Below, one piece after another: positions 16,331 to 25,254 of a stretch of 33,845 nt of DNA. The stretch lies in the IMG/VR virus record IMGVR_UViG_3300033076_000358, positions 1 through 33,845 of that record; one strand, 5' to 3'. Positions within the stretch are counted from its first letter, which is position 1. Every line of letters starts with the position of its first letter. A model generated the notes under the pieces. That model had not been told where the DNA came from. It ran no database searches and saw nothing but the letters and a program-made list of their open reading frames with translations. Source of the stretch: a virus (taxonomy: Duplodnaviria > Caudoviricetes). The translations under genes were made by a program, and so were the position numbers.

Positions 16331-17212
16331 TTAATTAAAACGACCATACTGCTTAGCAATTGCTTCAATTGCTGCAATACGTTCATCTCTACTGTTTAAC
16401 TTAACCTGTTCTGGTGCTGGTAATGCGTTTCCTGCACCGCCTGATACACGTGGGGCTCGTTTAGATACCTGCTGAGTGATCTGTGCAACTTCCTGCTGAT
16501 ACTGCTCAAAAGCGGCACCGAGTAGTTGTGGGAGTTCAGCGTCTGGGTAGTCTTCGCTAAGTAGCATGGCTCGACGGATAATCATGTTCTCGTCAAAGTC
16601 TCCGTGCTCTTCACGTAGATACTCTAGTGAGGTTTCAATCTCATACTCATACTGGGCTTCCTGAGCAGCCTGGAACTCTTCAGCACGTTCGTTCTTCATT
16701 GCATCGATCTCAGCCTTTAGTGCCTGGATCTCTGCGTTTGACTGTCCGTCGCCTAGTTCGAATGAGAAGGCATCTTCTTCTTCGCTGTCGGTAGCAGTTG
16801 CGGCTACAGCGGTGGCTTCCTGCATGATCTGCTGAGCCTGCTGCCATCCGTAACGTTCTGCGAGTTCATCATAGATTGCACGTGGGTTTGCAGAGATCTG
16901 CTGTGCTAGTTCTAGCGATGCTTCGATAATGTCTGGAGATACGCCCGCTTCAGCCAACTGGCGGTAGCCCGACATCTTCTCAAATTCACGGTCGATACCT
17001 GACTGCCACTTGGATACGACTGGCTCTACTAGGCCGTGTAGCGACTTAGGTAGGATGTCGTATAGTTCATTTAGCGATGGGTTGTTATTGGCGGGGGCAG
17101 CATCTTCTGCTTCCTGCTCGTTGTCTCCTGCACCATCGGGTAGCAGAATCTCATCGCCCTCCTCAAAAGAGTCGGTTTCGTTGTAATCTAGAGTGCCTTC
17201 GTCTTCAGCCAT
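16331..17212 (-). CDS. Capsid scaffolding protein
   Basis: Highly acidic, helical, basic C-terminal end; lies between portal and MCP. Confidence 0.75.
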   Translation of the reverse strand: MAEDEGTLDYNETDSFEEGDEILLPDGAGDNEQEAEDAAPANNNPSLNELYDILPKSLHGLVEPVVSKWQSGIDREFEKMSGYRQLAEAGVSPDIIEASLELAQQISANPRAIYDELAERYGWQQAQQIMQEATAVAATATDSEEEDAFSFELGDGQSNAEIQALKAEIDAMKNERAEEFQAAQEAQYEYEIETSLEYLREEHGDFDENMIIRRAMLLSEDYPDAELPQLLGAAFEQYQQEVAQITQQVSKRAPRVSGGAGNALPAPEQVKLNSRDERIAAIEAIAKQYGRFN

Positions 17213-17228
17213 TCCTCGTTATCCTTCT

Positions 17229-19259
17229 TTATTGGGCAGGTGGGGTTCCTGCTTGTTGTTGTCCGCCAGTCTGGTCGACTGGTGGTTGGGCGTTTGCTTG
17301 CAACATTACTAATGCTTGTTCATGCATGTTAATGTGCTTGTTAAGTTCAGCCTTCTGTGTAGGACTTAGCATATCATATGCAGGGCTCTTACGGAAGTTG
17401 TCGTGTTCTTGAATGTGAACAGCATGGTTATCCCATTTGTTAACTGGAATAATCGATGGGGCTTCAAGAGGTGCACCAGTGTCCTGGTTAACCATTGCAG
17501 GGTTACCGCTAGTAGCACCTTGCTGCCACTGCTGGTAGAACTGCATGACAGCCATGTCGGTGAGGTTCTTGAACTGGATGTTCTCACGCTGTGCACGAAG
17601 TTCATCAGGGCGAGTTCCCTTGTTGTCTGAGTAGCCCTTAATGTTGGTGATGTCTAGGAGTTTTAGCCCGTCCTCTGGCGGAATCATACCCATCTTCATC
17701 ATGTCCATTACTAGAGCCTGCTTAGCGGCCTTAGAGGTTGGTAGAGCAGATCCGGACTCGATGCGGATATCGGTTCCACGTGCAATGTCTGAACCCTTAA
17801 ATAGTTCGGCACTGAAGGAACTGTCTGAGCCAACGATCTTTACAGTGCGTTCGGTCGTCCAGTATTCGGCTACTAGCGATAGGGCTAGTTTAGCGGTAAT
17901 CGATAGGCCCTCTTCAATTGATGCGAAGGTTGGGGCTAGGTAACTGTCGTCACGTTCCTGCAGGTAGGCGATAGCGGTAGCGGCTTCGACTCCTGGAGGG
18001 GTTGAACCCTTCGATACTTGGTGCTGACCTGAAATGTCTTCCAAGTCCATGTTCAATGCTTGTAGTTCTTCTGCCACATATGGTGGAAGTTGAGGCATTG
18101 GTGCGGACTGTGGGAAGTCAAATCCTGGGCGGACACCGATGTATTGACCTGGGGAAGTGTTGATCTTCGATACGGTTAGCGAGCCTTCACGGTAGTAAAC
18201 CTGTGGCTTTGCCATCATGTTCTTTGCTTGGATACGCTGTGAACGGGTGCGGTTTACTTCACGCTGTAGTGGAATTGCGTCGTCGATTACACAGGCAGGG
18301 TAGTATTGTCCGCTTGGGATGTGGTCGAACTTAACGATTGGGTAGCATTGGTAGCCGTTAGGGAATCCGTTTAGGGATGCTTCGACGATAATGTCGTCTA
18401 CGACAACAATAAAACCGCCCTTAGGGAATAGTGGAGATGCTCCTGGCTTAATCCATGCTTCGATCACTAGGCAGGCGTCTGGCTTGTTGTTGTTCTCACG
18501 AATGTCTAGGGCAGATGAGATATCTGCGATTTCGGTAGATGCTACAACGGTAGGCTGCTTGTCTTTAGGGATTAATGCACCGTAAGTGTTCTTAACCCAT
18601 TCGAGTGGCTTGGTGTATACGTGCAGCATGTATGGCTGCTTTTCGTGGTCGACGATTGACAGGTCTGGCACGAATACGTTGAATGGCGAGACTTGTTCGA
18701 TGACTACGTCACCGTTTACTTGGTTGATAGGGTCTTGGATGCTGCTGTCCCAGTAGGTTTTTAGGTAGCCTAGGCCGAGGACTGAAATGTCTCGTGCTAC
18801 TAGACGCATCTCTTTACCGACCTTTAGACGGTCGTAGAGCGATTCCCAGATTTGAGTTGCAGCGTTAGCAGCGAAGATGTCTTCGATCTCGTTTGAGGCT
18901 GGTAGGGCTACAGCAGATGGCTTTTGGCTGGTTAGTTTAGAGATTTCGGTGCGAACGATTGGACGAATACGGTTGATGGTGATTCGTGGTAGGTTCTTGT
19001 CGCCACGTGGAAGTGCTGCAACCTGGCTCTTCGTTGAGTCCCAGGCTACATACTGTTTTCCACGTTCGAACGACATGTTGATATACCATTGACGCACACG
19101 CCAGTTCTTAGCGTCTTTACACTTTGTGTATTCTTTACGCAGGTAGTCGACAATCTTCTTACCCTTAGGGTCTTTGCCGAGTTTGATTAACGCAGCATCG
19201 TCTAGGAGTGACGATGTTACTTCAGGCGTGATGAAGTCGATAGCATCACTTGATGCCAT
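17229..19259 (-). CDS. Portal protein (P22-like, long)
   Basis: ~676 aa; ITINRIRPIV, VSPFNVFVP, IPLQREVN, EDISG and DNHAVHI motifs; Gln-rich tail. Start uncertain (19259 chosen; ORF open to 19301). Confidence 0.85.
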   Translation of the reverse strand: MASSDAIDFITPEVTSSLLDDAALIKLGKDPKGKKIVDYLRKEYTKCKDAKNWRVRQWYINMSFERGKQYVAWDSTKSQVAALPRGDKNLPRITINRIRPIVRTEISKLTSQKPSAVALPASNEIEDIFAANAATQIWESLYDRLKVGKEMRLVARDISVLGLGYLKTYWDSSIQDPINQVNGDVVIEQVSPFNVFVPDLSIVDHEKQPYMLHVYTKPLEWVKNTYGALIPKDKQPTVVASTEIADISSALDIRENNNKPDACLVIEAWIKPGASPLFPKGGFIVVVDDIIVEASLNGFPNGYQCYPIVKFDHIPSGQYYPACVIDDAIPLQREVNRTRSQRIQAKNMMAKPQVYYREGSLTVSKINTSPGQYIGVRPGFDFPQSAPMPQLPPYVAEELQALNMDLEDISGQHQVSKGSTPPGVEAATAIAYLQERDDSYLAPTFASIEEGLSITAKLALSLVAEYWTTERTVKIVGSDSSFSAELFKGSDIARGTDIRIESGSALPTSKAAKQALVMDMMKMGMIPPEDGLKLLDITNIKGYSDNKGTRPDELRAQRENIQFKNLTDMAVMQFYQQWQQGATSGNPAMVNQDTGAPLEAPSIIPVNKWDNHAVHIQEHDNFRKSPAYDMLSPTQKAELNKHINMHEQALVMLQANAQPPVDQTGGQQQAGTPPAQ

Positions 19260-19569
19260 ACTCTTCACGGATGGAGTCGAAATCATACTCATTGTTGTCA
19301 TCTACCTCTTCGTAATTATCCGTTACTAGCGGGGCTTGTTGGTGTAGCGGTCTTAGTTGCTCGCTTGCGGCTAGGATTTGCTGGAACGCTATCGGATCCT
19401 TCGTTGACAGTAGGCTCACTGCTTTCGCTAGGAGTTCCGTCGTCGACTCGTTCTGTTTCACTAACCCCAGCGTCGCCTTGTTCAACGTTCTGGTCATCAG
19501 CCAAAACGATAGCGGCAGGATCAGCAAGCAGGTCAGCACTAGCATTAATAGAAATGTCTCGGATGTCAT
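19246..19569 (-). CDS. Membrane protein (single N-terminal TM), overlapping the upstream gene
   Basis: SD GAAAGG 7 nt before ATG; hydrophobic FLLMLVLTCLLILPLSFWLM; stop overlaps the portal start region. Confidence 0.65.
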   Translation of the reverse strand: MTSETFLLMLVLTCLLILPLSFWLMTRTLNKATLGLVKQNESTTELLAKAVSLLSTKDPIAFQQILAASEQLRPLHQQAPLVTDNYEEVDDNNEYDFDSIREEYGIK

Positions 19570-19843
19570 TGATTAACCTTTCAGTGATTAGCGGGATACG
19601 CTTAATCTTCTCTTTTAGCAGAGTGTTCTCTTCCTTGATGGAGGTAGCATGCTCTGGTGTGATGAAGCCTAACTGGTCGCCAATAGCGACTAGGCATCGG
19701 TAGCATAGGTAAACCATGCCGTGGTAATCAACCTGCTTGTCTAGGTCGATTAGAACGTTGTCGATACTTGCGTTACTGCTACATACTACACACTGGTATG
19801 GAATGTGTGGTGCACGTGTATATGTAGGGAAAGTTCTAGGCAT
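19316..19843 (-). CDS. Hypothetical zinc-binding protein (CxxC...CxxC) with coiled coil
   Basis: CVVC and CYRC; SD AAGGA; TAATG coupling. Confidence 0.7.
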   Translation of the reverse strand: MPRTFPTYTRAPHIPYQCVVCSSNASIDNVLIDLDKQVDYHGMVYLCYRCLVAIGDQLGFITPEHATSIKEENTLLKEKIKRIPLITERLINDIRDISINASADLLADPAAIVLADDQNVEQGDAGVSETERVDDGTPSESSEPTVNEGSDSVPANPSRKRATKTATPTSPASNG

Positions 19844-20148
19844 TATTTGTTTCCTTTTAATCTCTTGGACATTGCTGCCGCTTTTGCTTTAGCATCAGAC
19901 TTTGATGATGCACCCCATACCTGTAATGATTTTAGCAGGCGGGTAGGGCGACCTTTAGCATCGTATTCTGGACCTGGCATGTTTCCCATACGGGCAAGGA
20001 AGGATGCTCGTCTAGGGTTGTCGCCGGATTTTACTGGCGGACGTAGGTTTGATCCAGGGTTCTCTGCTTCATAGGAGCGACGGCCAGTCTCGTTGAGACC
20101 GCCTTTAGGGTTTTTTCCAGCACTACGCTGCCAGGCTCCTGTAGCCAT
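19843..20148 (-). CDS. Conserved basic phage protein (DUF6321-like)
   Basis: AWQR..GKNPKGGLN..GR.SY and RRASF.ARM motifs, recalled from small genes adjacent to terminases. Start at the TAATG overlap with the TerL stop. Confidence 0.65.
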   Translation of the reverse strand: MATGAWQRSAGKNPKGGLNETGRRSYEAENPGSNLRPPVKSGDNPRRASFLARMGNMPGPEYDAKGRPTRLLKSLQVWGASSKSDAKAKAAAMSKRLKGNK

Positions 20149-21662
20149 TATTCCCATCCTATGTTTTCGTCTGAACCGTGTTTGAATGTCCATGCGGACA
20201 TGGCAGAGTCTCGTCTTGTATCTTGCTCTACTGCATTAAGTGTATCACCAAACTCGAGGAAAATCTCTCGTTGCCCGCTTAATACATCTGGTGTTAAGTC
20301 GTCCATTAAGGTAAAGAAGTATCTTGACGAGTCAAAGGCGTGGTTATCTCTATCTTGTATCTCTTCAAGTTTGTTTAAAGATAACTCTTGCTGTCTGTTT
20401 GCTCGCCTCTTGAACTTAAGTTTAGATAACTCACTAATTAGGTTAGGGCAGTCATCAGTTATTTGCCAAAAAGGTTTGTCTGTTTTAGGGTTTGTTTTAA
20501 TGTATTGCTGCATCTTGTTCAAACCAACACCAATTTGTTTTGGAATAATGTCGATAACAATGTTCATGCCGCCAAGTTGGAACTCTTGTAAGTATGATGT
20601 TCCCTTAACGCCATTAGTTTGAGCCAATGCAGGGTCACCGACGACCATATATGGCTGGATGTTCCATTCACGGTTGATCCTGTGGAACACTTCGCAGTGT
20701 TCTTGGATGGTCATTTGTGACTGGTAGTGCTCTGCGAAGGTGGTTATGGTGCCGTCTGGGGCTACAGCATGCCACAGGATGGCTGTAGGGTCTCTCCAAC
20801 CGTAGTCGACAGATACATAGATGCGGTGTTTCTTGGTTAGTTTGAAGTCTTCTGACGGAATGGTGTGTGTGGAGCGGTGGAACTCTTTAAATACTGCACC
20901 ACCGACCTGGATGAACTGGCCTTTTTCACGGATTGCACGCTGTTCTGGGGTCAGTGAGGATAGGTATTCTTCGATTGCTGAACGTTCTAGGTATGGGTTG
21001 TCTGTCATTTCAACTTCGACAACACCAAACTGTGGGTGTCCTTCTTTTCCTGGTAGATACACTTGTTCGTAAATGTATTCCATACCTTCAACAGGTGTGA
21101 GGGTCATCCACCAGTCACCGTTGGTGTCAACTAGACGGGCACGACATTCGTCATACACTAACTCTGGCGGCTCTTCGTCGAAGTGGACGAAGTGTCGGGA
21201 GGTTCCAGCGAACTTTTGCAGGTCCTGGTCGTAGGACATGAACTCTACAAAGGATCCGTTAGATAGGGTTAATACCCTACGTTCCTTGGAGTAGGAGTCG
21301 TCCCAGTTTCCGTTGACGAGTAGCGAGGGCGGGACCCATTGCTTGAACTGGGGTAGTAGGATCTTGTCGATACCTGAGGAGAAGTCGACGCCGACGACAC
21401 GTCCTCTGACCGGCGTTTCTGGGGTCTTTCGATAAGGATGTTCACCTTTGAGATAGTAGATATCTTCAATAACTCCTGCAACAGTTTTACCGCTTCGGTT
21501 ACCTCCGACGTAGAGGCGGTGTTTATGCTGATCTGAACTGAACTCAATTTGTTTCCTGTGGGGTTTGTATCGGTTAATGTTTGGTTGAACTGCGGATAGC
21601 CTCATCTGCTCCGACACGTTGCGGAGTAGTTCGGCTGGGTTGATTAGTTTTTTACTAGCCAT
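20148..21662 (-). CDS. terL: Terminase large subunit
   Basis: Walker A GGNRSGKT, Walker B VHFDEE, motif III TLTP, RNase H-like VDYG..DP and DNHAFDS. Confidence 0.93.
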   Translation of the reverse strand: MASKKLINPAELLRNVSEQMRLSAVQPNINRYKPHRKQIEFSSDQHKHRLYVGGNRSGKTVAGVIEDIYYLKGEHPYRKTPETPVRGRVVGVDFSSGIDKILLPQFKQWVPPSLLVNGNWDDSYSKERRVLTLSNGSFVEFMSYDQDLQKFAGTSRHFVHFDEEPPELVYDECRARLVDTNGDWWMTLTPVEGMEYIYEQVYLPGKEGHPQFGVVEVEMTDNPYLERSAIEEYLSSLTPEQRAIREKGQFIQVGGAVFKEFHRSTHTIPSEDFKLTKKHRIYVSVDYGWRDPTAILWHAVAPDGTITTFAEHYQSQMTIQEHCEVFHRINREWNIQPYMVVGDPALAQTNGVKGTSYLQEFQLGGMNIVIDIIPKQIGVGLNKMQQYIKTNPKTDKPFWQITDDCPNLISELSKLKFKRRANRQQELSLNKLEEIQDRDNHAFDSSRYFFTLMDDLTPDVLSGQREIFLEFGDTLNAVEQDTRRDSAMSAWTFKHGSDENIGWE

Positions 21663-22101
21663 CGATTAGGTCTGTAAGTTCCTGTAGGGTTAGTCGGACA
21701 ATAGGATTATTGCGACCACTATAGTTAGCGTCAGTGGAACTGCTGATATTAACAAGGTCGCTAAGATTGGCGAATGCCCACCAATTGCCGCTCCGAGCAG
21801 CAGAGAACCCACTACGCTGAGTGACAAGAAAACCGTAGTTACCTGACGCATTACTACGCTCAGTGTAGGCTTCTTGCATCCATTTAGCAATCTGTTCTTG
21901 TGAAGCAGTCTTGGCACTGGCTCCTCCTTTTACCTCGAATACTATCAATCCTAGTCGTGGACTCTCTAACCATACGTCACCTTGGTCGGCTCCGCCTGTT
22001 AGGACGTTACGGCGGGCTTCAAGTGGACTGTAGCCGACTCGTAGTAGGTGGTTTCTTACGCCTGTTTCGGCGGCTGTGCCGATTTGTTTAGCCTTACTCA
22101 T
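21655..22101 (-). CDS. Holliday junction resolvase (PD-(D/E)XK, Hjc-like)
   Basis: SKAKQIGTAAE...DQGD...EVK pattern; start after SD GAAAGAG. Confidence 0.75.
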   Translation of the reverse strand: MSKAKQIGTAAETGVRNHLLRVGYSPLEARRNVLTGGADQGDVWLESPRLGLIVFEVKGGASAKTASQEQIAKWMQEAYTERSNASGNYGFLVTQRSGFSAARSGNWWAFANLSDLVNISSSTDANYSGRNNPIVRLTLQELTDLIDG

Positions 22102-22114
22102 TATGTCTCTTTCA

Positions 22115-22123
22115 TGATAAGAT
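22115..22123 (+). promoter_or_regulatory. Extended -10 TGATAAGAT; probable leaderless transcript for the tail-fibre cassette
   Basis: -10 hexamer ends 6 nt before ATG 22130; no SD upstream. Confidence 0.55.
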
Positions 22124-22129
22124 TTTGTT

Positions 22130-22158
22130 ATGGTAGAGTCCACCAATATTGATGTGAA
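22130..22158 (-). promoter_or_regulatory. Sigma-A-type promoter TTCACA-N17-TACCAT for the packaging/structural operon
   Basis: -35 at 22153-22158, 17-nt spacer, -10 at 22130-22135. Confidence 0.5.
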
Positions 22159-22381
22159 TCAGTTACACTTATCTGCTGATACTGATACTGGTGCTACCGC
22201 TATCCATCATACGCTGGGTCCTAAGCCTTTTCAAGCATCTCCAGGTAGCCATAAGCATGATGGTAAGGATTCTGTTCGGCTAGATTTTAATGATCTTTTG
22301 AATAGTTGGATGAACATTGACGGCGGAGAACCTGGCACTGTTTATACTCCTATTCCTCACCTTGATGGAGGCGGCGTTTAA
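22130..22381 (+). CDS. Small minor tail protein
   Basis: D.D....AIHHTLG....QASPG.H.HDG motif typical of actinophage fibre-anchor proteins; DGG repeats. Confidence 0.65.
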   Translation: MVESTNIDVNQLHLSADTDTGATAIHHTLGPKPFQASPGSHKHDGKDSVRLDFNDLLNSWMNIDGGEPGTVYTPIPHLDGGGV

Positions 22382-24423
22382 TGGCTGTTGTTATTCAGAT
22401 TCGTCGTGGAACTGCGGCACAGTGGACTTCCGCTAACCCTACGCTTGCTCAGGGTGAGATGGGTGTTGAAACTGACACTCTTAAAGTAAAGATTGGTAAC
22501 GGATCTACTGCTTGGACTAGCCTGCCATATTTTACGCAGGGGTTGAAGGGTGACACTGGTGCTACTGGTGCTACTGGTGCTACTGGACCTGCGGGACCTA
22601 CTGGTGCAACAGGACCTCAGGGTCCTCAGGGTATTCAAGGTGATACTGGCCCTGCAGGCCCTACAGGTCCACAGGGCCCTCAAGGTGTTAAGGGTGACAC
22701 TGGTTTAACTGGTCCTACTGGTGCTACTGGCCCGCAGGGACCTCAAGGTTTAAAGGGCGACACTGGAGATACTGGACCGACTGGACCTACAGGAGCGACA
22801 GGTCCGCAGGGTCCTCAAGGTATTCAAGGCGATACTGGCCCCGCTGGTCCACAAGGACCGCAGGGTCTCACTGGTAACACTGGTCCTGCAGGTCCAACTG
22901 GTCCGACTGGACCTACGGGAGCGACAGGCCCAGGAGTCCAAGCAGGCGGAACTACAGGACAAATCCTAGCGAAAGCATCTGCTACTGACTATGACACTCA
23001 ATGGGTGAACACTCCGCCTCCTACGCTTTACGCCACTTCACCTATCGTTTACGATAGCGGAACTTCTACGTTCAGTTTCGATGGTGTAGCATTCGCTAAA
23101 ACTACTATTCCTATCTTGGATTATGGTAAGAACGATACTGGTGCTTCTGTAAGCAAGGGTCAGGTTGTTTATGTTTCTGGATCTAACGGAACAAATGTTC
23201 TCTGGTCACTAGCCGATGCGGATAGTGAGGCGACTTCGTCTAAGACTATTGGTTTGCTTTACCAGGATCTTGCCGTGAATGGTTTGGGTTGGGTTGTCAC
23301 TAACGGTATTTTGTCTGGTATCGATACTTCGGCTGCTTCAGCGGCGGGTGTGAGTGTCTGGTTGTCTTCGACTGCTGGTGGTGTTGTTTATGGTGCTCCG
23401 CCTGCTGAACCTGCTCAAAGTGTCTATTTAGGTGTTGTTACCCGTAAGCATGCAACTAACGGTGAGATCTTGGTTAAGGTTCAGAACGGTTATGAACTTG
23501 ACGAACTACATGACGTATTTGTTGGTTCGGCTGCATCGGGTGACTTACTGAAGTTTAATGGCACTGGCTGGGTTAATGCTGCTCAGTCTACTTTGGCTAT
23601 TGCTCCATCGCAGGTTACTGGCACTGCTGTTATTACGACTGATAGCCGTTTGAGTGATTCGAGAACACCTACTGCTCACGCATCTACGCATGGTTCGGCT
23701 GGTTCAGATCCTATTACTATTGCCCAGTCACAGGTTACTAACCTGACTACTGATTTGGCTGGTAAGGCAGCGACTTCACACACTCACGCTATCGCTGACA
23801 CGACTGGTTTGCAAACCGCTTTGGATGCTAAAGCACCTTTACAGGACCCTTTGTTTACTAGAGTATCTTCGTCTGAGGGTGGACAGATTAATCTTCAATC
23901 TGGCAACGCATCTGGAACTACATGGGCTATAGATAGTTATGGTTCTACTACTACTCCAGATATGCGTATTATTGAGGGTGCAAATGTTCGTGCGACTTTT
24001 GCTGCTGGTGGAAATGTCTCTATTGGTGGAACAGTAACTGCTGGATCGGTAGTTAAGTCAGGTGGAACTTCATCCCAGTTCTTGAAGGCTGATGGAAGCG
24101 TAGATTCTTCAACCTATGCTATTGCTGGCTCTAACGGCGTCCCATTAGCAATGTCTGCTGGATATGTAACAATTAACCCAACAGCAAACACTAAAACTAA
24201 CGTGACCGTTACGTTCCCTACTGGAAGATTCAGCCAAACACCTGCAGTAATGTGTATGCCTAACTCATCCGTAACTGGAACAACTATCGCTTATTATGGA
24301 ATGCAAGACCCATCAGCATCCAGCGTTATCCTCTACGTAAACAGGGCTAACACTACTGCTACTGTCATGTATTACACTGCAACACAAATGACATCATCTC
24401 CATACTCAGGAACGGCACAATAA
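22381..24423 (+). CDS. Tail fibre / receptor-binding protein with collagen-like region
   Basis: Mtd-N/hyaluronidase-like N-terminus [29 protein letters not shown]; Gly-X-Y run; HASTH and HTHAIAD knots; C-terminal VTFP..F...P.V domain. Confidence 0.85.
   Translation: MAVVIQIRRGTAAQWTSANPTLAQGEMGVETDTLKVKIGNGSTAWTSLPYFTQGLKGDTGATGATGATGPAGPTGATGPQGPQGIQGDTGPAGPTGPQGPQGVKGDTGLTGPTGATGPQGPQGLKGDTGDTGPTGPTGATGPQGPQGIQGDTGPAGPQGPQGLTGNTGPAGPTGPTGPTGATGPGVQAGGTTGQILAKASATDYDTQWVNTPPPTLYATSPIVYDSGTSTFSFDGVAFAKTTIPILDYGKNDTGASVSKGQVVYVSGSNGTNVLWSLADADSEATSSKTIGLLYQDLAVNGLGWVVTNGILSGIDTSAASAAGVSVWLSSTAGGVVYGAPPAEPAQSVYLGVVTRKHATNGEILVKVQNGYELDELHDVFVGSAASGDLLKFNGTGWVNAAQSTLAIAPSQVTGTAVITTDSRLSDSRTPTAHASTHGSAGSDPITIAQSQVTNLTTDLAGKAATSHTHAIADTTGLQTALDAKAPLQDPLFTRVSSSEGGQINLQSGNASGTTWAIDSYGSTTTPDMRIIEGANVRATFAAGGNVSIGGTVTAGSVVKSGGTSSQFLKADGSVDSSTYAIAGSNGVPLAMSAGYVTINPTANTKTNVTVTFPTGRFSQTPAVMCMPNSSVTGTTIAYYGMQDPSASSVILYVNRANTTATVMYYTATQMTSSPYSGTAQ
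22540..22935 (+). repeat. Collagen-like Gly-X-Y repeat (~44 triplets)
   Basis: Continuous GATGPTGPQG-type triplets. Confidence 0.9.
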
Positions 24424-24427
24424 AACT

Positions 24428-24589
24428 ATGTATAAATACGACGTATCTTGCAAAACTATTGGATGCCTTAACGAAGGAATCGTTATGAATGTTCCAAATC
24501 CAGATGCAGAACCTTTCATCATTTGCGGACCATGTGGAAAACAAATAACTGATTACGTTCAAACTGATTACATCGAAGAAGAGGTTTAG
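24428..24589 (+). CDS. 53-aa Cys-rich protein downstream of the tail fibre (not in the ORF track)
   Basis: MYKYDVSCKTIGCLNEGIVMNVPNPDAEPFIICGPCGKQITDYVQTDYIEEEV; C-x4-C and CGPC. Confidence 0.75.
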   Translation: MYKYDVSCKTIGCLNEGIVMNVPNPDAEPFIICGPCGKQITDYVQTDYIEEEV

Positions 24590-25254
24590 TCTTCTAAGAC
24601 TTTAGGGATGCTTCCGTGGCGGCGAGCCTCATCACGTCTACGCTTATCCTCAGCATGAATCATCTCATCTGGAGCAAGAGTCTTCGGATCATGAGGCAAG
24701 CATTCATGGTCGATAGGTAAGAACGGGACACTAGCATCTACACGACCATCAGGTGTTGTAGGACGGTCACCATAGTATGGGTCGTTGGTTGCATGCCAAC
24801 GGTTGTGGCATTCAGCACAGATACGGTGAATGTTACCTTCAACATTCATCATCGTGTTCTTGTCAGGTCCGTGGTGGATAGCCTCAGCAGGATGTCCTGG
24901 ACACCCAATGATTGGTTTCACACCGCCACCGGCATTCTTTAGCCAAGCCCACTCACAAACCATACCTGGCTTGATAGGGAACTTTTTGGCTGCTTCTTTA
25001 CGGCCTGTAGAGATCGGGTCAGCATACTGGTCAAGCGGTTTACTGCCTGTATAGCCGTCAAAGTAGGCTTCAAGTTCAGGCTTATCGTCCAGCATAGATG
25101 CGGCTGCTTCGTATGCGTCTGATGGTTCCAGGGAGAAGGCTCCCTCGCAGCAACATTCCATGTCGTCTGCGAGGTTGCCGTTCCACATGTCTGCACATTC
25201 GTCGTGAAAACCTGCCCTGCAAGCAAGGCATACGTCTTTAGTAGTGGTCTTCAT
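24586..25254 (-). CDS. HNH endonuclease with additional Cys/His cluster
   Basis: IHHGPDKN...N.HRICAECHNRWH; N-terminal CLAC...H..C...CCC. Start placed at MKTTTK. Confidence 0.7.
   Translation of the reverse strand: MKTTTKDVCLACRAGFHDECADMWNGNLADDMECCCEGAFSLEPSDAYEAAASMLDDKPELEAYFDGYTGSKPLDQYADPISTGRKEAAKKFPIKPGMVCEWAWLKNAGGGVKPIIGCPGHPAEAIHHGPDKNTMMNVEGNIHRICAECHNRWHATNDPYYGDRPTTPDGRVDASVPFLPIDHECLPHDPKTLAPDEMIHAEDKRRRDEARRHGSIPKVLED

Noticed and set aside
2243-21072. Many + strand ORFs antisense to structural genes, and the abundance of TAG on + (stop recoding?)
   Set aside because: These are shadows of - strand genes. TAG reflects CTA Leu codons, and the real genes are intact in the standard code.
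24100-24423. DGR variable region in the tail fibre (Mtd-like N-terminus)
   Set aside because: No reverse transcriptase or template repeat seen in the window.
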